Below, one piece after another: positions 60,111-64,000 of a DNA stretch of 64,000 nucleotides (its first letter is position 1; each line of letters starts with the position of its first letter). The position numbers were made by a program, and so were the translations under genes. The notes under the pieces were generated by a model. That model was given only the letters and a program-made list of their open reading frames with translations. It made no database searches and was not told where the DNA came from. The stretch comes from Armatimonadota bacterium. GTDB taxonomy: Bacteria > Armatimonadota > HRBIN16. Where the stretch lies: positions 4,256,001 to 4,320,000 of the forward strand of contig OY781964.1 of NCBI GenBank assembly GCA_963677485.1. The letters run 5' to 3'.

Positions 60111-60139
60111 TTGACGTGATGGCGGCATAAGCTTAAAAT
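60111..60139 (+). promoter_or_regulatory. Sigma70-type promoter
   Basis: TTGACG-N17-TAAAAT upstream of the dehydrogenase gene. Confidence 0.6.
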
Positions 60140-60205
60140 AGAGGTGATGGCATAATGGGCGTATTACCTCCATTGTGAACCATTATATAAATGGAGGATT
60201 ACACC

Positions 60206-61276
60206 TTGATATATAACGTAACACTGATTCCTGGCGACGGCACCGGTCCTGAACTGGCGGAAGCCACCCGGCGCGTGCTGGATGCCACCGGCGTTTCATT
60301 TAACTGGGACGTGGTAGAAGCTGGTGTGGATGTGATGGAAAAATACGGCACACCGCTGCCCCAGGGAGTGCTCGATAGCATTCGCAAGAACAAGATCGCC
60401 ATCAAAGGACCCATCACGACCCCCATCGGCAGCGGATTCCGCTCTGTCAATGTGGCTTTACGGCAAGAACTAGGGTTGTATGCCTGTCTTCGCCCTGCCC
60501 GCAGTTACAAGGGTGTGCGCAGTCGATATAAAGACATAGACCTGGTGGTCGTACGTGAAAACACCGAAGACCTGTATGCCGGCGTGGAGTTTGAAGCGGG
60601 CACCAAAGAGGCAGAGGGCATCTGCGCGATGTCACCCAAAATCCGGCCGGGTTCCGCGATCAGCATCAAGCCGATCTCCGTTGAAGGAACCACGCTGATT
60701 GCGGAATACGCTTTCCAATACGCTCTGAAGAACAACCGCAAGAAGGTCACCGCCATCAGCAAGGCGAACATCATGAAGTACACCGACGGCCTGTTCTTCC
60801 ATACCTGCCGTGAAGTGGCCAAGAAATACGACGGCCAGATTGAGTATGATGAGCGATTGGTGGATGCGCTCTGTATGCAGCTTGTGCAGCGTCCTGAGGA
60901 GTTCGATGTGCTCTGCCTGCCCAACCTCTACGGCGATATCATCAGCGACCTGTGCGCCGGTCTGGTGGGCGGTCTTGGTGTGGCCCCGGGTGCGAACATC
61001 GGCAAAGACTGTGCGATGTTCGAGGCGGTGCATGGCTCCGCTCCCAAGTATAAGGGACAGAACAGGGTCAACCCCACCGCTCTTATCTTGTCAGGTATGC
61101 TGATGCTTCGATACCTGGGTGAATTGGAAGCGGCGGATAAGCTTGAGAAGGCCGTTGAGCTCGTGCTGGCTGAGGGCAAACACGTGACTTACGATCTGAA
61201 ACCTACCCGCACCGACCCCACGGCAGTCGGTACCAGTCAGATGGCAGACGCCATCATTGAAGCGATGAACGCCTAA
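60206..61276 (+). CDS. Isocitrate/isopropylmalate dehydrogenase family (NAD-IDH-like)
   Basis: [57 protein letters not shown] start 8 nt after GGAGG. Confidence 0.92.
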   Translation: MIYNVTLIPGDGTGPELAEATRRVLDATGVSFNWDVVEAGVDVMEKYGTPLPQGVLDSIRKNKIAIKGPITTPIGSGFRSVNVALRQELGLYACLRPARSYKGVRSRYKDIDLVVVRENTEDLYAGVEFEAGTKEAEGICAMSPKIRPGSAISIKPISVEGTTLIAEYAFQYALKNNRKKVTAISKANIMKYTDGLFFHTCREVAKKYDGQIEYDERLVDALCMQLVQRPEEFDVLCLPNLYGDIISDLCAGLVGGLGVAPGANIGKDCAMFEAVHGSAPKYKGQNRVNPTALILSGMLMLRYLGELEAADKLEKAVELVLAEGKHVTYDLKPTRTDPTAVGTSQMADAIIEAMNA

Positions 61277-61830
61277 TGGCATCGCACTTAATGCAGTGTT
61301 CTGAAGCGGTTCTGGTGGTCATTGACCTCCAGGAGCCGTTTCTGAACGCCATTTTTCAACGGGACAGGGTGGAAGCGCAGAGTCGGATGCTGATCGAAGC
61401 GGCCAAGATTATGGCTGTTCCGATCATCGCCACAACGCAGTATACGGAGCGAATGGGAGGGGTCGTGGCGGCGGTCGCCTCCACCTTACCTGATACGACT
61501 CTGTATGTGGACAAGATGAGCTTTAGCTGCGCGAAGCAACCGCTGTTCATTCAGGCTCTCGAATCCACAGGTAAAAAGCAAGTGGTGCTATGCGGTGTGG
61601 AGACGCACATCTGTGTGATGCAGACCGCACTTGATCTTCAGCAACTGGGATATGATGTGGCGGTGGTGACCGACGCCGTCTCCAGTCGTAACCCGTCCAA
61701 CTGGCAGAGCGCGTTGTATCGGCTGGGAGCCGCCGGAATTGAGCTGCCAGTGACCGAAAGCGTGCTGTATGAGTTGCTTGAAGCGGCTGACGCTCCTGAG
61801 TTCAAGTCGATACTGAAACTGGTCAAGTAG
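61276..61830 (+). CDS. Isochorismatase-family hydrolase
   Basis: VVIDLQE, KMSFSC, GVETHICV.QT. Confidence 0.9.
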   Translation: MASHLMQCSEAVLVVIDLQEPFLNAIFQRDRVEAQSRMLIEAAKIMAVPIIATTQYTERMGGVVAAVASTLPDTTLYVDKMSFSCAKQPLFIQALESTGKKQVVLCGVETHICVMQTALDLQQLGYDVAVVTDAVSSRNPSNWQSALYRLGAAGIELPVTESVLYELLEAADAPEFKSILKLVK

Positions 61831-61844
61831 ACACAGCTCATCTT

Positions 61845-61884
61845 GTCTGCCTCCGGTAAGCAATGGAGGCAGACCTCACTTTTT
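61845..61884 (+). terminator. Intrinsic terminator
   Basis: GTCTGCCTCC-N10-GGAGGCAGAC followed by CTCACTTTTT. Confidence 0.65.
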
Positions 61885-61909
61885 ACGCGTCTTGTCAGGA
61901 GGAGCACCG

Positions 61910-63370
61910 ATGCCATACTCCGTGCGCGAAAGGCTAAACCCTTTAGCTACTCTGGTGATTTTTGGGGCGACGGGTGACCTGACTCGGCGTCTGCTGCTGC
62001 CTGCCCTCTACTGCCTTCACAAAGCCGATCTGCTCCCCCGCGATATACGACTGGTGCTTTATGCCCGTAAACCCATAGGTATCATTGAGATGCTGGGTAA
62101 GATGGGAGGCACCAACTACGACAGGCCTTCCGACAGTGATCTGGCTGGTTTCGCCCAGCGGTTTGACGCGCCGGTTCTTGGTGGCCTAGATGCGGAAGGT
62201 GTAGCTCAACTGCGTAATGTGGTGAAAGGTGACGCCCTTTTCTATCTGGCCCTTCCACCCGGCATGTTTGCTCAGGCGGCAGAGGCACTGGGTGAGGTCG
62301 GTCTGAATGATGAGAGCCTGGCACCCAGGCGTTTAATAGTCGAAAAGCCGTTTGGCCGCGACTTGGAATCTGCGTTACAGCTACAACAACGCGTGAGCAA
62401 ATACTGGCGGGAAGAACAGATATTCCGCATTGACCACTATCTGGGCAAAGAGACCGTGCAAAACCTGCTGGTGATGCGGTTTGCGAATATCTTGTTTGAG
62501 TCTGTCTGGAACCGGAACTACGTCGACCACGTACAGATTGTGGCGGCTGAGACGCTGGGGTTAGAGGGACGGCCTGGTTATTACGATCAAAGCGGTGCGC
62601 TGCGGGACATGGTCCAGAACCACATGATGCAGATGCTGGCACTTACTGCCATGGAGGCTCCTCCGCGGATCCAGTCGCATGAGCTGCGCAACGAGAAGGT
62701 GAAGGTGTTGCAAAGTGTGCGGCAAATTCCATCGAATGCCGTCAGTGCTTTTGCTGTACGCGGGCAATACACCGAAGGGTTGAACGGCGGTCAGCCGGTC
62801 GAAGGTTACCTTGATGAGACCGGCGTGGCCAAAGACAGCCGCACTGAAACATATGCCGCGGTGAAGCTGTATGTCGATAACTGGCGATGGCAGGGGGTGC
62901 CGTTTTATCTGCGCACCGGCAAACGACTTGCTGGAAATCGCAGCGAAATCATGATCCAACTGAAGCGTCCCCCGGTACAGCTATTCCGTGACACCCCGCT
63001 GGATGTGATGGAACCCAACCGGTTTATCTTTGAGTTAAAGCCCAACGAGAGCATCTGCTTGGTGGCACAGGCTAAGAAGGAAGGGTTGCAGCTCAAACCC
63101 CGCAGTGTAGAGCTGGTGTCACCTTACCGCACCGATGGCGGCGGTTTCGGCGCGTATGAGCTGCTGATCCTGGACGCCTTCCTGGGTGACCGCACTCATT
63201 TCCTGCGAATCGATGAGGTGGAGTGGGCCTGGCGGGTGCTGGATCCCGTCATCACATCCTGGCGTGAGGAAGCAGTGCCCCTGTATCCATACGTGAGCGG
63301 CAGCGACGGACCTCGCGAGGCGAACCGCATTTTGGACTCTCCGTCACATGTATGGAGACCACTGGCATGA
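61910..63370 (+). CDS. zwf: Glucose-6-phosphate 1-dehydrogenase
   Basis: FGATGDL, EKPFG, RIDHYLGKETVQN, WQGVPFYLRTGK. Confidence 0.97.
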   Translation: MPYSVRERLNPLATLVIFGATGDLTRRLLLPALYCLHKADLLPRDIRLVLYARKPIGIIEMLGKMGGTNYDRPSDSDLAGFAQRFDAPVLGGLDAEGVAQLRNVVKGDALFYLALPPGMFAQAAEALGEVGLNDESLAPRRLIVEKPFGRDLESALQLQQRVSKYWREEQIFRIDHYLGKETVQNLLVMRFANILFESVWNRNYVDHVQIVAAETLGLEGRPGYYDQSGALRDMVQNHMMQMLALTAMEAPPRIQSHELRNEKVKVLQSVRQIPSNAVSAFAVRGQYTEGLNGGQPVEGYLDETGVAKDSRTETYAAVKLYVDNWRWQGVPFYLRTGKRLAGNRSEIMIQLKRPPVQLFRDTPLDVMEPNRFIFELKPNESICLVAQAKKEGLQLKPRSVELVSPYRTDGGGFGAYELLILDAFLGDRTHFLRIDEVEWAWRVLDPVITSWREEAVPLYPYVSGSDGPREANRILDSPSHVWRPLA

Positions 63371-64000
63371 GGCAGTGGCGTATTTATGATGATCGAGAGC
63401 AGCTAGCTCGAGCGGCAACCGATGAGATCGTTCAGGCTGTGCAGAACACAACGGGTCTGTTCACCATGGCTTTGAGTGGCGGCACCACGCCTGAGACCGT
63501 TTACCAGTTGCTGGCGGGTGAATATGCCCAACGTATTGATTGGACGCGTGTACGGCTGATTCTGGGCGATGAACGGTATGTTCCTATTGATCATCCCAGT
63601 AGTAATACGCGCATGGTTGAGGAGTCGTTGATACATCCGCTGGGATTGACACCTGATCAATGGATCACCATGGATACCGAGTTGGATTGGGAAGATTGCG
63701 TGACGGACTATAGCCGCCGGGTTCAATCCGTGAGTATCGATCTGGTGCTGCTCGGTATGGGGAATGACGGCCACACAGCTTCGCTATTTCCCAGGCAGTT
63801 TGGTCCTGAAGTTCAAGCGAGAGCTGTCAAAGGTCTGGCACCGGTCGCGCCTCATCAGCGCATCAGCCTGAGCCTGCCGTTCATAAACAGTGCCCGGCGC
63901 GCCTTGTTCCTAGTGGCTGGCGAGGAGAAGGCCTGCACCGTCAGCGAGGTTTTGTCAAACCCGCCCAGTGAGGACTTCCCCAGCTCGATGGTAATTCCTG
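63367..64000 (+). CDS. pgl: 6-phosphogluconolactonase (runs off the window end; absent from the ORF track)
   Basis: Manual translation gives MRQWRIY...ALSGGTTP...GDERYVP.DHPSSN...LLGMGNDGHTASLFP. Confidence 0.92.
   Translation, partial: MRQWRIYDDREQLARAATDEIVQAVQNTTGLFTMALSGGTTPETVYQLLAGEYAQRIDWTRVRLILGDERYVPIDHPSSNTRMVEESLIHPLGLTPDQWITMDTELDWEDCVTDYSRRVQSVSIDLVLLGMGNDGHTASLFPRQFGPEVQARAVKGLAPVAPHQRISLSLPFINSARRALFLVAGEEKACTVSEVLSNPPSEDFPSSMVIP

Overview
Bacterial chromosomal window, mostly housekeeping and carbohydrate metabolism. In order: a complete split PTS operon (EIIC-EIIB-EIIA-HPr-EI); an AT-richer orphan Rhs toxin/immunity islet; pyrR-pyrB-pyrC-carA-carB with a PyrR leader and a half-length CarB; a Ycf46-like AAA ATPase; trxB; a DtxR/MntR regulator; pstSCAB; a DUF2961/GH172 gene; argS with a duplicated 5' end flanking a lipoprotein gene; def-fmt; an M16 peptidase pair; an AlkZ-related gene followed by a six-gene operon of GyrI-like, BtrH/C39-like and CxxC-domain proteins with its own promoter and palindrome; pdhABC; rdgB-rph; an ANTAR regulator; a P-type ATPase; ferritin; fucI; an atypical Fpg/Nei gene; an isocitrate dehydrogenase-family gene; zwf-pgl. 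Several intergenic regions are mosaics of REP/REPIN-like repeats. I saw no tRNA, rRNA, CRISPR array, integrase or transposase. The best candidate for an undescribed system is the 40.1-47.3 kb locus. All family assignments come from recognising motifs by eye, not from database searches.
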